A DNA stretch of 64,000 nucleotides from Octopus vulgaris. Lineage: Eukaryota. This document shows positions 1 through 11,987 of the stretch, one piece after another. Numbering within the stretch: the stretch's first letter is position 1; each line of letters starts with the position of its first letter. The stretch spans positions 85,188,001 through 85,252,000 of the forward strand of contig OX597818.1 in the NCBI GenBank assembly GCA_951406725.2, in the 5' to 3' direction. The translations under genes were made by a program, and so were the position numbers. The notes beneath the pieces were generated by a model that searched no databases, was not told the DNA's origin, and was given only the letters and a program-made list of their open reading frames with translations.

Positions 1-658
1 TTTTTGAGGAATCTCCAGTTTTGCCGCTTGTACTTGCCATTGTATTCTTTAATGATGCATGCTATGTAAAATATTTTAAACCTCTCTTTCTATCATTGTT
101 TTCTTCCACCAAGAATTTACAAGAAAAAATAATTGTGAGAAAAAGGAAAGAAATCAAAATTCTATTGAAATCCATTGTTCAGTGGTAAAGTAGGAAAAAT
201 TTAAACAAACAAGGCTATTTGATTGAGATTCTTGTAATATCGGCTAAACCATGATTCTTCAATAAGCTAGCTAATTGCTTTTGTTGAGTTAAAGGCCTCT
301 TTTAGCAAGAGACCCCATTATTGTGTATATGTGTGTATCGGTGTGTATGTGTATACATGACTGAAAGAATTGCTTATCAGTTCTTAGAAAGTATTATACC
401 AATGTCTCTCTTTCTCGCCCCCTCTCTGTCTCTCTCTTCTCTTTTTCTCTCTATCTCTCTCTCCATCCCTCTCTCTCTCTCTCTCTCAATATTATTTGTC
501 TGTTGTAATGTAAATATGTTTGTTGCCATCCGGCCATTAACAAAAGACTGTAAATAGGAAGTATAAGCTGGAAATGCTTGTCTCTTAATAACAATGTTCT
601 TTTTCCGGTGTGGGGAGGGGGTGACGGGTGTATGGCCATTTTTTTCATTCTGACATAG

Positions 659-659
659 C

Positions 660-688
<29 letters not shown>
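659..688. repeat. (TG)n microsatellite
   Basis: Perfect TG run. Confidence 0.95.
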
Positions 689-694
<6 letters not shown>

Positions 695-808
695 TGATGT
701 TCATAAATGTTTGTGTGAGAGGATAGGAAATGATAAAGTCTCTCTTTCCTACTTATCATTCAGTTTCATCTCATTTCAGTAGCTTTCTCTCTCTTCCCCC
801 TCTCTTTC

Positions 809-810
<2 letters not shown>

Positions 811-862
<52 letters not shown>
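811..862. repeat. (TA)n microsatellite
   Basis: Perfect TA run. Confidence 0.95.
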
Positions 863-866
<4 letters not shown>

Positions 867-1310
867 TTTATTCATTCTTTCTTTTGCTCTCCTCTCATTC
901 ATTGTTTATCTCAATTTGTTCCAAGTACTTAAGATAAAAATATTTGCTCAAGATCTTCAATCTCAACTGACCAAACACAATTTCACTGCCACTCCCCCTA
1001 TCCATCCCATCCCATGTGCCACTTCTGCATGACACCTCCTCCCCGTTTCCTTTCTCCCATTATTCTCTTCTCCCAGCCATATCTTTCTTCTTCCTTTTAA
1101 CTATACTTCTTTTGTTACATCTAATTCCCAAGTTCAAATCCTACTGGGGTTAACGTTTGTGTTTCCGGGGGTCATGTCTTTTAAAATAAAGTACTAGACA
1201 TGTTCCAACTCAATTAAATTAACAATACCCCGCCTTCTAATTTATGACCTTTGGTCTAGTTCAGAAATTTCTTTGCTGCTTTAACTGACAAACACTTGTT
1301 ATTTGCGTTA

Positions 1311-1420
1311 TTGAGCTGGCTGTCATTACAGCATCAGAAAAATTGCCATCCAGCATTTATTCTGGCACTTTACGTTCTGAGTTCAAATCCCACTAAGGTC
1401 GATCTCCCTTTCATTTTTTT
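1311..1420 (+). mobile_element. SINE family A, 5' part
   Basis: gagctggc...ttacgttctgagttcaaatcccactaaggtcgatctccctttcat matches the head of the copy at 20748. Confidence 0.7.
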
Positions 1421-1469
1421 GATGGGCTTCCATACAGTTTCCATCTACCAAATTCAGTCATAAGATGTT

Positions 1470-1680
1470 CTTTTCTACTCTAGGCACAAGGCCCGAAATT
1501 TTTTGGGGAGGGGTCCTGTCAATTACATTGACTCCAGTACACAACTGGTTCTTAATTTATCAACCCTGAAAGGATGAAAGGCAAAGTAGACCTCGGAATT
1601 TCAGCTCAGTACATAAAGACAGGCAAAATACCACTAAACATTTCACCCAGTGTACTAACACTTCTGCCAGCTTGCTGCCT
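1470..1680 (-). mobile_element. SINE family A, full length, with 17-bp TSD
   Basis: Reverse complement of the ~210-bp family A unit. Flanked by ttcagtcataagatgtt (1453-1469) and ttcagccataagttgtt (1681-1697). Interrupts a family B head fragment. Confidence 0.85.
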
Positions 1681-1981
1681 TTCAGCCATAAGTTGTTGGT
1701 TGGCCATGCCTGTATAAAAAGTTAAAAAAATTAAAATATCCATGCTGATATCAATATAGCACTCACTTTTAAATGAATTTAGTTAACTATATCCAATAAA
1801 CACAAGCAGAATACACATCCAAAGAATTTGTCATGTATGACAAGTAAATCCAAATATCGTTTAGAAGAATTTCAAGAAATTCAGAGTATCAGACAACAAA
1901 AATACTAATAGAGAAATATATATATATACATACATATGTTTATGTACATGTATATATGTTTATGTGTATATGTATGTGTGT

Positions 1982-2240
1982 GAAGGCACATAGCCTAGTA
2001 GTGGTTAAGATCATGATCACAAGATTGAGGTTTTTACTTCCTGCACCAAGCAGTTCCATTGTGTTCTTGAGCAAAACACTTCAGTTCAGATTGTTCCAGT
2101 CCACTCGTCTGTAAATGAGCAGTCCTGCAATGAACTGGATTTCTGTTCAAGTAGATTGTTGTGATCGCAGTCATTTTACATGCCAGGAAATGGGGCAACT
2201 GGCTTTATGAGTGCTGAGACTCAAGACAATACTTAACTTA
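1982..2240 (+). mobile_element. SINE family C
   Basis: tRNA-like head, then gtgttcttgagcaaaacactt...ccagtccactc...aatgag, the core shared with 8083, 8228, 38337 and 40294. Confidence 0.75.
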
Positions 2241-2295
2241 TCTCCTATAGCATACATGACCCCAGATCATCATGCTCCACTGAAGACAGACATGA

Positions 2296-2297
<2 letters not shown>

Positions 2298-2352
<55 letters not shown>
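2298..2352. repeat. (CA)n microsatellite
   Basis: Perfect CA run. Confidence 0.95.
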
Positions 2353-2354
<2 letters not shown>

Positions 2355-2719
2355 TGATTTCTGCTTTCACCATCAATGCACTCTCATTTCCCCCCTCTTT
2401 CTCTGCTATATATACTTCTTCAATGTGACTTTACCAAAAATATTGTGTTTTCAAGTTTTGAATATTTGTAATTGCTGCCACTTAAACTCTGAAACAGTAG
2501 TAAATAGAATGATGGCTTCAGAAGGGTGATATTTTACAAAAATAAAAAATAAAAAAAAAAGCATCACTATCATTATTACCATCATTATCAATGGCAGCAG
2601 TAGTTAGTTTTGGCACTATTTGCAACATCAACTGCAGTAGCAGCAGCACTACTGCTTTTAATTTCCATTATTTACATTAAACTATCAACACCATCAGTGA
2701 TTTCAGAATTGCGACAATC

Positions 2720-3715
2720 CACCCATCTATCTATCTATCTATCTATCTGTCTGTCTGTCTGTGCTTTGACTCTTTCTCTTATTTCTCTTTCTCATTCTCT
2801 TTGTCTCTTGCTCTATATGTTGACTTGTCGATGTATCCCTCTCTCTCTCTCTTCCTTGTCTGTATATCTGTATTTCTCTTTCTCTCTTGCTCTGTACATT
2901 GGTCTTTCAGTAAAATCTCTCTTGTTCTTTCATTCTATCTATGTCAGTCTCTCTTTTTCTGTATGTTGGTCTGTCTCTGTCTCTCTTCCCTTTCTCTCTT
3001 GCTCTCTCTATATATCTGTCTTTCTATATATCTCCCCCATTCTCTCTCATACTGTTTATGTTGGTCTGTTAATGCCGCCCCACCCCTCTCTCTTACTTAC
3101 TGCCTTTTTTCTATGTCTGCATTTTATTCTGTCCTCTCTTGATTCTCTCACTTTCCTCTTAACTTTTAACACTTCTACACACATATACACATTCTCTCTC
3201 TCTCTCATTCTCTCTCTGTTTTCCTACCCCTCCCTCTACTACCACCAATATTTCTTTATCTTGCTCTACTATCCTTTAACTGTCCTCCCTGCATGACATA
3301 GTCTAAATGCTTTCCCCCTTCTCTCTATTTTACTGATTCTTTCTCACTATCAAACTATCCCTTCCTCTTTCTTCTCCCTCCAACTCTGACTTTTTACTCT
3401 GCCTATCATTCTACTTCATTGAATCAATATTTGATTATTACCTCCCCACTCTCTATTCCTCCTCTTTCTCTTCCCTTCTCACCCTCTCACCCTCACTATC
3501 TCCCTTACTGCATCTCTCCTTTTTGTTCTCTCCCTTTCCTCTTATTCATCTCTCCTCTACTCCATTCTCCCTTCTCTCCTTCCCTTCCTTTCACTCCCAT
3601 TTATTCCTCTTACCCTGTCTCCTACTTCTCTCTCCCTTTCCATTTCCTCTCTATCTCCCTCTCACTCCCTATTATATGATCTCACTTTTATTTCTTCTTT
3701 CTCTCCCAACAATAA
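2720..3715. repeat. ~1-kb CT-rich low-complexity tract
   Basis: Degenerate (CT)n/(CTAT)n/(CCT)n; explains the Ser/Leu-rich ORFs at 2610-3804. Confidence 0.9.
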
Positions 3716-4228
3716 TCTACAGCAACAGTAGCAACAACAATAATAATATTCTATCCCAGTTTACAACTGCCACACTCTTCCAAAAACACATCATTTATCA
3801 TTAATATCTAAAAATCCTTCCTTAATGACTACCTCCTCCCATCTTTGGAAGCATTCTGTCAAACTTCCTCTTGTACACATCCATTCTGATTTTCTTTGGC
3901 ATTTTGTCAATTCCATGTATGTGCATAAGACTGTAGGAAATGGAGGTGCATCAATGTCTGCCTGTATCTTGATGCATGTAGATGTTCATGTTTGTTTGAG
4001 AGCGTAGAAATGTATTAGCACACACACACATACACACACACATAAATATAAATGCTTGGCATTTATGTGCATGCATATCTACACACATTACTGTCTGTGA
4101 GATAGCTGCAGCAGAGAATATTTGTCTGTTTTCAGTCCTAACCAAAATTACCTCCTAAGCTGAAGAATTCTTTCCTTGAAACAACTTAAGATTAGTTCAG
4201 TTGAATATCCTGTTGAATTATTATTAAC

Positions 4229-4665
4229 TGAGTGAGAGAGAGCAGCACATGGCATCAAAGTGACATTCGGGTAAAAATATATGAAACCCAAAATAGCCAT
4301 CATGACTACCCATCTGATAAGGGTGCACCAGGCACATGCATCACAAATATGTGCCCGACATGGTGATCTCCTTTCAAAATAAACAGCGCATGACCTTGCA
4401 GGTGGGGCACAGTTTGAATTTTCTTCAGGTCAAGTAGCTCGTACTGCTCAAAAGGTCCCTGAGTAAGGGTTTTTTATGGATGTTGAATGAAACACTTATG
4501 TTTCCAGAGGGGAATTATTCAAATCCCAAAGAATTCCTCTCAACACATGGCTATGATGCTCCCCCACTACTTCTGCTCATGATCAGAGATGCACATATTA
4601 TTAGCCAGTGAGGGACATGCTCAACTGGTTATGGTCAAACAACTGACAAGCAAATCTGTGGTATT
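4229..4665. mobile_element. Unclassified interspersed repeat H, copy 1
   Basis: Colinear with 31078-31495, e.g. catcatgactacccatctg, taaacagcgcatgaccttgca, tgatgctcccccactacttctgct, agggacatgctcaactggtta. Confidence 0.85.
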
Positions 4666-4704
4666 CAGGGAGTTTCTCAGCTATTTCTCCACAACTCCAG
4701 TACT

Positions 4705-4898
4705 ATACATGATTAGCATTTCATCTGGCTTAACATTTTGTGTTCAATTTTGCTGAAGTTGGCTTGCCTTTCATCATGTTAGGGTCAATGAAATAAGTAC
4801 CAGTTGTGTGTTGGGTTGAGATAGTTCACTTGCTCCCCACCAACCTCTCTACCCACATTTCAAACCTTGTGCCTACAGTAGAAAGGATTATTATTATC
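4705..4898 (+). mobile_element. SINE family A
   Basis: ttgcctttcatc...gaaataagtaccagttg...ccttgtgcctacagtagaaaggattattatt. Confidence 0.8.
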
Positions 4899-6332
4899 AT
4901 TGTACCAAACAGATTTCATGTTATTAAAGTTTTTATGTTTTTTCCTATTTGTTTTATTTTTTTCCCTCAGTAATTAAGATATAAATCAATGTAAAAGAAA
5001 AAAAAAAGAAATTAAAATCATTAAATTAGGATAGGGAAGGATTTTCTATTATCTTTGTTTTTGTTTTTAATTCTCCATTGTAGTCTTTTTTAAGGTTTTG
5101 TTTGTTTTCCTTTAGCTTGTTTCTTTTTTTTTTTGTAGTTGGGTGGGGGCCTTCTTTAACCTTTTTAGTTTTATTTATTGTTTTTGGACTTCCTCATCTT
5201 AGCCTTTGTTCCCTCCTCCCTAGCATTTTTCTCACTGATGATGAGAATGTTGCTTTTAGTGTCTGTGTGTAATAAACGATTGTGTATGTAATAGGGTAAA
5301 CACAATTGCCTGTTTAAACAATCTTTTTTTTTTTTTACCACTCTGTTGATGATGATGACGATAATTACTTAGTTATCCTTTTGTTTGTTGGTTTTTATTA
5401 TTTTTCTTTTCCTTTTTTGTGGGGAGCCCACCAGCCATCCTTTAAATTTTTCACAATTACAAATTTGAAAAAAAAAAAGAGAAAAAATAGAACCTTTTCA
5501 AAGTAAGCTGTTGAAATTAAGACTTTCAGTTTTTTTGTAAACTTGTGTAGCAAAAAAATTTAAATAAATAATATGATTAATATATAAAAATAAATAAGTG
5601 AAGGCAGGGAAATCTCTCCCCACTTCCTCTCACACTATCTCTCTCATACATGTTCTCTCTTTGTATATCTGTTTGTTTATTTTAGATGATAAGTCAAAAT
5701 TAGTTTTCAATTTCTAACAATGATGTAAGAAGACCTTAAAGTTTGTGTGTTTATGAATGAAAAAGGAATAAAAATTAATTGGATTTTTTTTTTATGATAT
5801 TAATTGCTACATGCTTTTTTTCCATCCCAACTTTTGTTTTATTCCTATCGTTGCCTGATATAATTTTAAAATTCATTTTATTTTGTAATTAAATAAAACT
5901 ACAGAGTGGTTTTATTCAAATGCCTCCTTGTGACATGCCATTTTTTGGGGGAATATGTTGTCTTTTTTATTCTGTTTGATGACTGTATTTTCTTTGCATT
6001 TTGCTTTCAGTTACCTAGCACACCATTTCTCTCAGTCTGTATATCATCATCATCATCATCATCATCGTTTAGCGTCCGTTTTCCATGCTGTCTATACATC
6101 TAATATGCTTTGCTTGGTTTCTCTCTATTAAGCTTTATCCATAAGATATTGATGAACCCAAGGTCATGGTAGATGAGGTTTACATTGGTAGGAAACCAAA
6201 TGGTGGAATATAAAAAGATGTGCATTGGCGGAAGTTTGAGTGCGTATTGGTAGGTGATGAAGTGTACCCTGGTAGAATGTGGGTGTACATTAGTTGAACT
6301 CAAAGTAAGTTATGGAATGGATTGGGTTTATC

Positions 6333-6565
6333 ATTATTATTTTAACATCCACATTTCTATGCTTGCATAGGTCAGATGAAGTTCATTGAAGCAGATTTTT
6401 TTTATTCCATGACTAGATGCCCTTCCATCAACAACCCTCATCTGCTTGCAAGCAAGCAAAATAATCCAGTCTATATAACAATGAACATAGTTACATGGTG
6501 AACTGGGAACACACAACACTGTTTGGATGAGCATTTGGTTTACAAAGACCATATATGTCAAAACA
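6333..6565 (-). mobile_element. SINE family G, 3' module
   Basis: tttaacatccacatttctatgcttgcataggtcagatg...gatgcccttcc...aaccctcatctg, as at 13465, 49470 and 59235. Confidence 0.7.
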
Positions 6566-6624
6566 CATTAAGAAATCTAGACATGCTTTTGTAGTGGACT
6601 ACAAACAAAGAAGGCCACTTTTTT

Positions 6625-7000
6625 ATCCATCCATTTTCTCAGCCCGCTGTTCCTGTGAAGGGGATGGAAGTAGAATCCTTAGGCAACTCCTCCATAAGGT
6701 CTTACATTAACTGAAGCAACTGTCATTAGACTTTCTGGCTGGTTTTCCAAGCATGACCAACTGAGACTATGTTTATCCGCCATCCATCTCATTCTTGGTC
6801 TACTGCAAGGTCTCCTACTAGTTGACTTAATGAATCTGTCTTGCAACATTTTAATCATGTATAGTACTGGAGTTGGGGAAAAATAGCTGAGAAACTCCCT
6901 GATCACTGAGCTTCATACTCTCTTAAGTCAATTTACTCCAGAGATCCTTTGGAGGAACCTATTTTGGTCACTACTATTCCTGGTCATATTCTTTTGAAAC
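6625..7000 (-). mobile_element. RTE-clade (Rex3/Expander-like) LINE, decayed 3' fragment
   Basis: Minus strand reads RFLQRISG..SSVIREFL..RRPCSRPRMRWMAD..LSWSCLENQPESLMTVAS and ends in a (TGGA) tail (ccatccatttt on +). This resembles the Rex3 C-terminus as I recall it and is homologous to 40175-40912. Confidence 0.75.
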
Positions 7001-7554
7001 AGCCATTTATATTTCTTTAATTAGTGACTTTTAGGTTTTGTGTTCAAAATCTCTGCAGTTACTGTGACAGTGTTGTTTTAGAATGAACTCTCTACAAGTT
7101 TAAAGCAAAGTACTTTGCTTTGCACAAACTTCTAAGTTCAAAATTGTTGTTGACATTGTCATATCTGCAAACAACACTTTATTCTACATTGACACTTTCT
7201 TTTACATTACTAGTTCACGTAGCTCTTAGGAATAGATTCCACATCATCTGAGAATTTTTCCTGCAATAAATCTGACATTCTATTCAGAAGATTTATCTTT
7301 CATGTACTTAATACCATGAAATTTTAGCAAAGTATCAGCTCTTAAACCCCTCACTCCACCCCACCCACTTCACCCTTGAGACTTGATAGGGTTTCACATG
7401 AAATGAGCCGATTAGATGTGGCTGTTTGGATATTGACAATTTGGCATGGGTGGTCGAACATTAAACCATTTTTGGTGACTGTATGTTTTGGCACTAGAAG
7501 CAAACACATCCACACACATGCACAAATACAGAGAGAAAGAAAAAGAGAGAGAAT

Positions 7555-7589
<35 letters not shown>

Positions 7590-7810
7590 AATCCAAACGG
7601 GAAAACAAAAAAACAATGGAACAATTACAGTATTATTATTAATAGGCGCTCAGGAAATGGAAGCAGGAAGGTAAACATAACTAGATATTGATATGCATAA
7701 AGAGAGAGAGAGAGGGACATTAACCCACATGTTACCATATTTCTGTTGAAAGACAGTTTTTGTTCTAAGTAATTTTGAAAGTAATGAAGAATTTAGTAAA
7801 ATAACTTATT

Positions 7811-8022
7811 AGGGACTAGCTGGTAGAATTGCTAGCATGCCAGAAAATGCTTAGTAATATTTTGTCTGTCTTTACATTCTCAGTTCAAATTCTGCCATGG
7901 TTGCCTTTTCCTTTCATTCTTTTGGGGTCAATGAAATAAGTATCAGTTGAATATTGAGATTGATGTAATTGACTAACCTTTCCCCCAAAATTTCAGGCAT
8001 TGTGCCTATAGTTAAAAGAATT
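7811..8022 (+). mobile_element. SINE family A nested in MITE E
   Basis: Full unit from agctggtagaattgctagc to gtgcctatagttaaaagaatt. Confidence 0.85.
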
Positions 8023-8082
8023 AAGCTAGTGTCTATAACATAAATCAATATGAAGTTTTGATGGAAAGTTTTAATTTAAATA

Positions 8083-8400
8083 TGGAGGCATGTGGCTTCT
8101 TGGTAGTGTTGGACTCCCAATTATAAGGTTGTGGTTTTGATTCCTGGACCAGGCTATGAGTTGAGCAAAACACTTCATTTAATGTTGCTCCAGTTCATTC
8201 AGCTGTAGAAATGAGTATCACTAGTAGAGGCACATTGCTTTGTGGTTATGATGTTAGATTCATGACCATAAGATTGTGGTTTCAATCCCTAGACCGGGTG
8301 TTCCGTTGTGTTCTTGAGCAAAACACTTCATTTCATGTTGCTTTAGTCCACTCAGCTGTAGAAATGAGTTTAGCCTGGAAAGGGCTGGCTGGGCTCCACC
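8083..8400 (+). mobile_element. Two tandem SINE family C 5' halves
   Basis: ttgagcaaaacacttcattt...cagctgtagaaatgagt occurs twice (8161 and 8313), each after a tRNA-like head. Confidence 0.8.
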
Positions 8401-9377
8401 AAGCTTTCTTGCCCTAGATATGCTGCATGGCTGCAACACCCTAATGACCCACAATGGGGTTAAGGGATTTGTCATTGTTATTTAGTGTAAATCACTTTAA
8501 AATAAAAAGTTTATATTATAGGACCAAGGGCAGTTTCACGTGGCTTGGTATCCAAAAGGTTAAAACTGGAGAACCGTTAAAACATCTGACAAATAAGTCA
8601 GTAACTCTACCTAAATAGACTGTGCCATAGTGTCTCCTACCTAGTTTTACATGTACGCTACAAACTACTGATAAGAATAGACACTTCTTTTGAAAATATG
8701 GCAATGAATGGAAAAGGAAGGGATTGGGGGAGAATCTAGGATGGGTGGGATACCTTGAAACTTGTTTCTAGCAGTAATTGTTGTGACTACATCTGTTGTA
8801 CTGTAGGTGACATAGGTGCTTCAGTTTTCCTTGTTTAAAGAAGATTTTGTACTCAGGTGGTCTAATAATGTGCTTACATATGTGAGTTTAGTTATTGATG
8901 TGTATAATTATGTATGTGTATGTAATGGTACTTGATTGTGTAATATATATACGTGTGAGGTGTGTGTCAGAATGTGTGGGAATCATTGCACTGACATGTC
9001 CTGGTATCTTATCTACAATGGTGTGACTAAATAATTGAGTAAACTCGAGTGAATTATTAGTATTACTGTTTAGTGCTTCTATGCGTAAGATTGTGTGTCT
9101 GTGTGTGTGTGTTTTTTTTTTTTACCTAACTGTATACAGGTCATATATATCAGGATCATAAAAGGTTTTAATATCTGGGCGTGGTATTAAAACACTTATT
9201 CACACAAAAACTATATACAAATTCAATTTGATACAAACATATATGCTTTGAAACATAACTCACATACACACACACACACCTTTAGTGATCTTTTGGTGGT
9301 TATAGAAAGTGTAACTAATGAAAGTTTAATGAATTCAAATGCCTTTGAACATGTAAAAGTGTAACAAACCACTAAGT

Positions 9378-9795
9378 GCATGCCACATATGTGTGTGTGT
9401 GTGAGTATATATATATATATATCTATATATATACAAATGGCTGTGTGTCAAAAAGTTTACTTCATAACTACATAGTTCCGGGTTCAGCCCCACTGCATAG
9501 CATTTTTTGGGCAAGTGTATTCTGCTATAGCCTCAGTTCTACCAAAGCCTTGTTAATGGATTTGTTTGGCATAAACTGAAAGCAGCTCATTGTATGTGTG
9601 TGTGTGAGTGTGTGTGCCTGTGTTTATACTCCACCTCCACACACCACTTTACTTCAATGTTGGTATGTTTACATCTCTGTAACTCAGAGGTTCAGCAAAA
9701 GGGACCTATGGAATAAGTACTGGAATTGATACGTTCTACTAAAATTCGTGAAGGTGGTGCATGGCTGCAGTCTAATTGCTTGAAACAAGTAAAAG
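9378..9795 (+). mobile_element. SINE family B, near full length
   Basis: Head atggctgtgtg...gggttcagccccact, core gggcaagtgt..ctatagcc..accaaagcctt, (TG)n linker, tail gcatggctgcagtctaattgcttgaaacaagtaaaaga. Confidence 0.8.
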
Positions 9796-9949
9796 AAACC
9801 ATTATCTGTATGTATGTATGTGTGTGCATGCATGTATGTGTGTGTGTGTGTATGTATGTATGTGTGTGTATGTATGTTTGTGTGTATGTGTGTGTATGTT
9901 TGTGTGAGTCTGTGAGTGAGAGTATGTACGTACATTCATATATATATTA

Positions 9950-10225
9950 CTGTACCAACCAGGCTATCAGATGTTGTTGTTCACAATGTGCTCACATTGT
10001 CGTAAGTTTTGAATGGTGCCACCCTGTTAGGCGGGTAGGCTAAAAAATTCTCCATGAATGGGTGCCAGTCCATTACAGGATTACTCATTCATGGCTGCGT
10101 GAATTAGAGCTATGTGAAATAAAGTGTTTTGCTCAAGAACACAATGCACCGCCTGGCCTGTGAATTGAAACCAGAATCTTGTGATCCTGAGTGCAAAACC
10201 ATAACCATACACACAGGCATGCTTT
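9950..10225 (-). mobile_element. SINE with family C head and a variant tail
   Basis: gtgaaataaagtgttttgctcaagaacacaatgcaccgcctgg is the reverse complement of the C core; the left part differs from other C tails. Confidence 0.7.
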
Positions 10226-10727
10226 TATTATTGATTGGCTGAAGTTACAAAGTGACTCTATTCAAATCACCTGTACCAACATGGAAGACAGATGTTAAAT
10301 GACAACATTCATGTGTGTGTGTTGTGGTGTACTCTCCTGTTGTAAATGACAGATGAGAGTTCTGCAATTTTTGCTGAACATCCTGCACATGTGATTTCTT
10401 TATAGTTATGAAACATCTGTGATGTACGTCAGCTCACTCCCTCTACCACATCGACATTGTCTCTGCAGGTGCACAGTATGTTACCCTTCAGATGTGGAAG
10501 GGATTGCAGAGCAACATGAAATAAAGCGTCCAGTAACTCAAATCACCACCCAATTCATGAATTGAAACCATGGTTTTGTGACTGTGAGTGCACATGTTAG
10601 TTTCTGAGTGTGTACTTGTTAGTGTATGTTTATTTGTAAATTTTCGTCACTGTGTTTTCGTGTGTGTGTAAGAGAGAGAAAGATAGCATTTAGGTGTACA
10701 TTTGTGTGAAAGTCTTAATGTATATAT

Positions 10728-11025
10728 GAGTGATGGTTGTGTGTGTATCTGAGAGAGATTGGTTGCATACGCACATGTGTGTGTATGTACAAGTTAGAGA
10801 TTGGTTGTGTATGTGCAAGTTAGAGATTAGTTGTGTATGTATGTATACAAAAGAGATTGGTTGTGTATATATGTATGAATGCAAGTGAGATTGGTTGCAC
10901 ATATATGAATTTGAAAGTTTGATTGCCTATATATGTACATGAGAGAAATTTGTTGTGCATATACATATACAAAAGATATAGTATGTATGAATGTACATAC
11001 ATGAAAGACTGGTTGTGTATGTATA
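10728..11025. repeat. Degenerate ~26-45-bp minisatellite with GAGATTGGTTG core
   Basis: About 10 units of gagattggttg(t/c) separated by TG/TA-rich spacers. Confidence 0.75.
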
Positions 11026-11869
11026 TGTTTAAATACATCAAGTTATTTTCTAACATGTTTTCATTGGTATCGATAACTGGCTTGTCTTCTTACACCATAG
11101 CCATGCCATATCAAAAGACAGTTTGCACCAGACTCTTTTACAATTCATCCACATCGCCATCATATTATTATCACCATTCCATCTTTTTCATTTCATCATC
11201 CAATTTCATATCAGTTGCAAAACAGATTTCATTTGGAAAATGTAAGCACCATTAAAATTCATTTCCAAAAGAACTTGTGAATTCATTTCCAAAGAACCTG
11301 TTGTGTAAAATGCTAAAGATGTAGAATTATGAGTGGGTGTTTTTTTATTTATATTTTTAATTTTTATTTGTTTTTATTTTTAGCTATATTGCAGCACTTG
11401 TTTTGACCTAATATTTCTCCCTCTCCTTATCTCTTCTTTCTCTCCACTCTCTCTCCTTCTCTTTCTCATCCCCTTCTCTCACCCTCTCTTTTTCACCCCC
11501 TCTTTCTCCTTTTCTTTCTCACCCCTTCTTTCTCTCTCTCTTTCTCATCCCCTCTCTTTCCCTCTCTCTTCATCACTCTCATATGTTCATGTACGTTGAT
11601 CCTATAACAGCATCAACAATTAATGCATTTATTGCATGTATAGTAGGTATAAATAGTTTGTAGAATGTTAGGTTTGGCTCAGGACAGTTGAAAATATCCA
11701 GTCAGACAATGATGGCTCATTTACTGTTTCAGTTTGGTCCTATGACAGAACTTATCCAGTGGTCATTTTAGTTGGTCTCAATTCCAAACTGGAAGCCAAT
11801 AAAATGTTACCCAGCTTTCAAAGAATTCCACTGCTGATTCTTTGCATAGGGCCAACACTCTGACTGTCT

Positions 11870-11987
11870 AAGACAACTTGGAACCAACTAGACTTAAGAG
11901 ATGAAAAGTCAACCTGAAATTGAGAGCAGTGGAGAAAACTCATCAGTGTCCTTCGTTCCGTAGGGAGCAAAAAGCCCAAGTAAGTAA
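11870..11987 (+). mobile_element. RTE-type LINE 3' end relic
   Basis: Reads EQWRKLISVLRSVGSKKPK* followed by aagtaagtaa, resembling an RTE C-terminus (WR.LV.AL.S) with a (TAAG) tail. Confidence 0.5.

Larger units (their letters stand above)
7720..8563 (+). mobile_element. piggyBac-like MITE family E, interrupted by nested SINEs
   Basis: Left end ttaacccacatgttacc, right end ggtatccaaaaggttaa. Pieces at 7720-7810, 8023-8082 and 8481-8563 match 43411-43917. Confidence 0.75.

Noticed and set aside
2610-3296. 228-aa hydrophobic ORF
   Set aside because: Translation of a CT-rich low-complexity tract; no domain or splice evidence.
4156-4190. taag-CTGAAGA...GAAAC-aa-ctta hammerhead-like spacing
   Set aside because: No stem II pairing and no UH cleavage site.
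6140-6310. Possible exon ending in aag|gtaagt
   Set aside because: In-frame stop in the only plausible frame; the region is a degenerate tacattggtag repeat.
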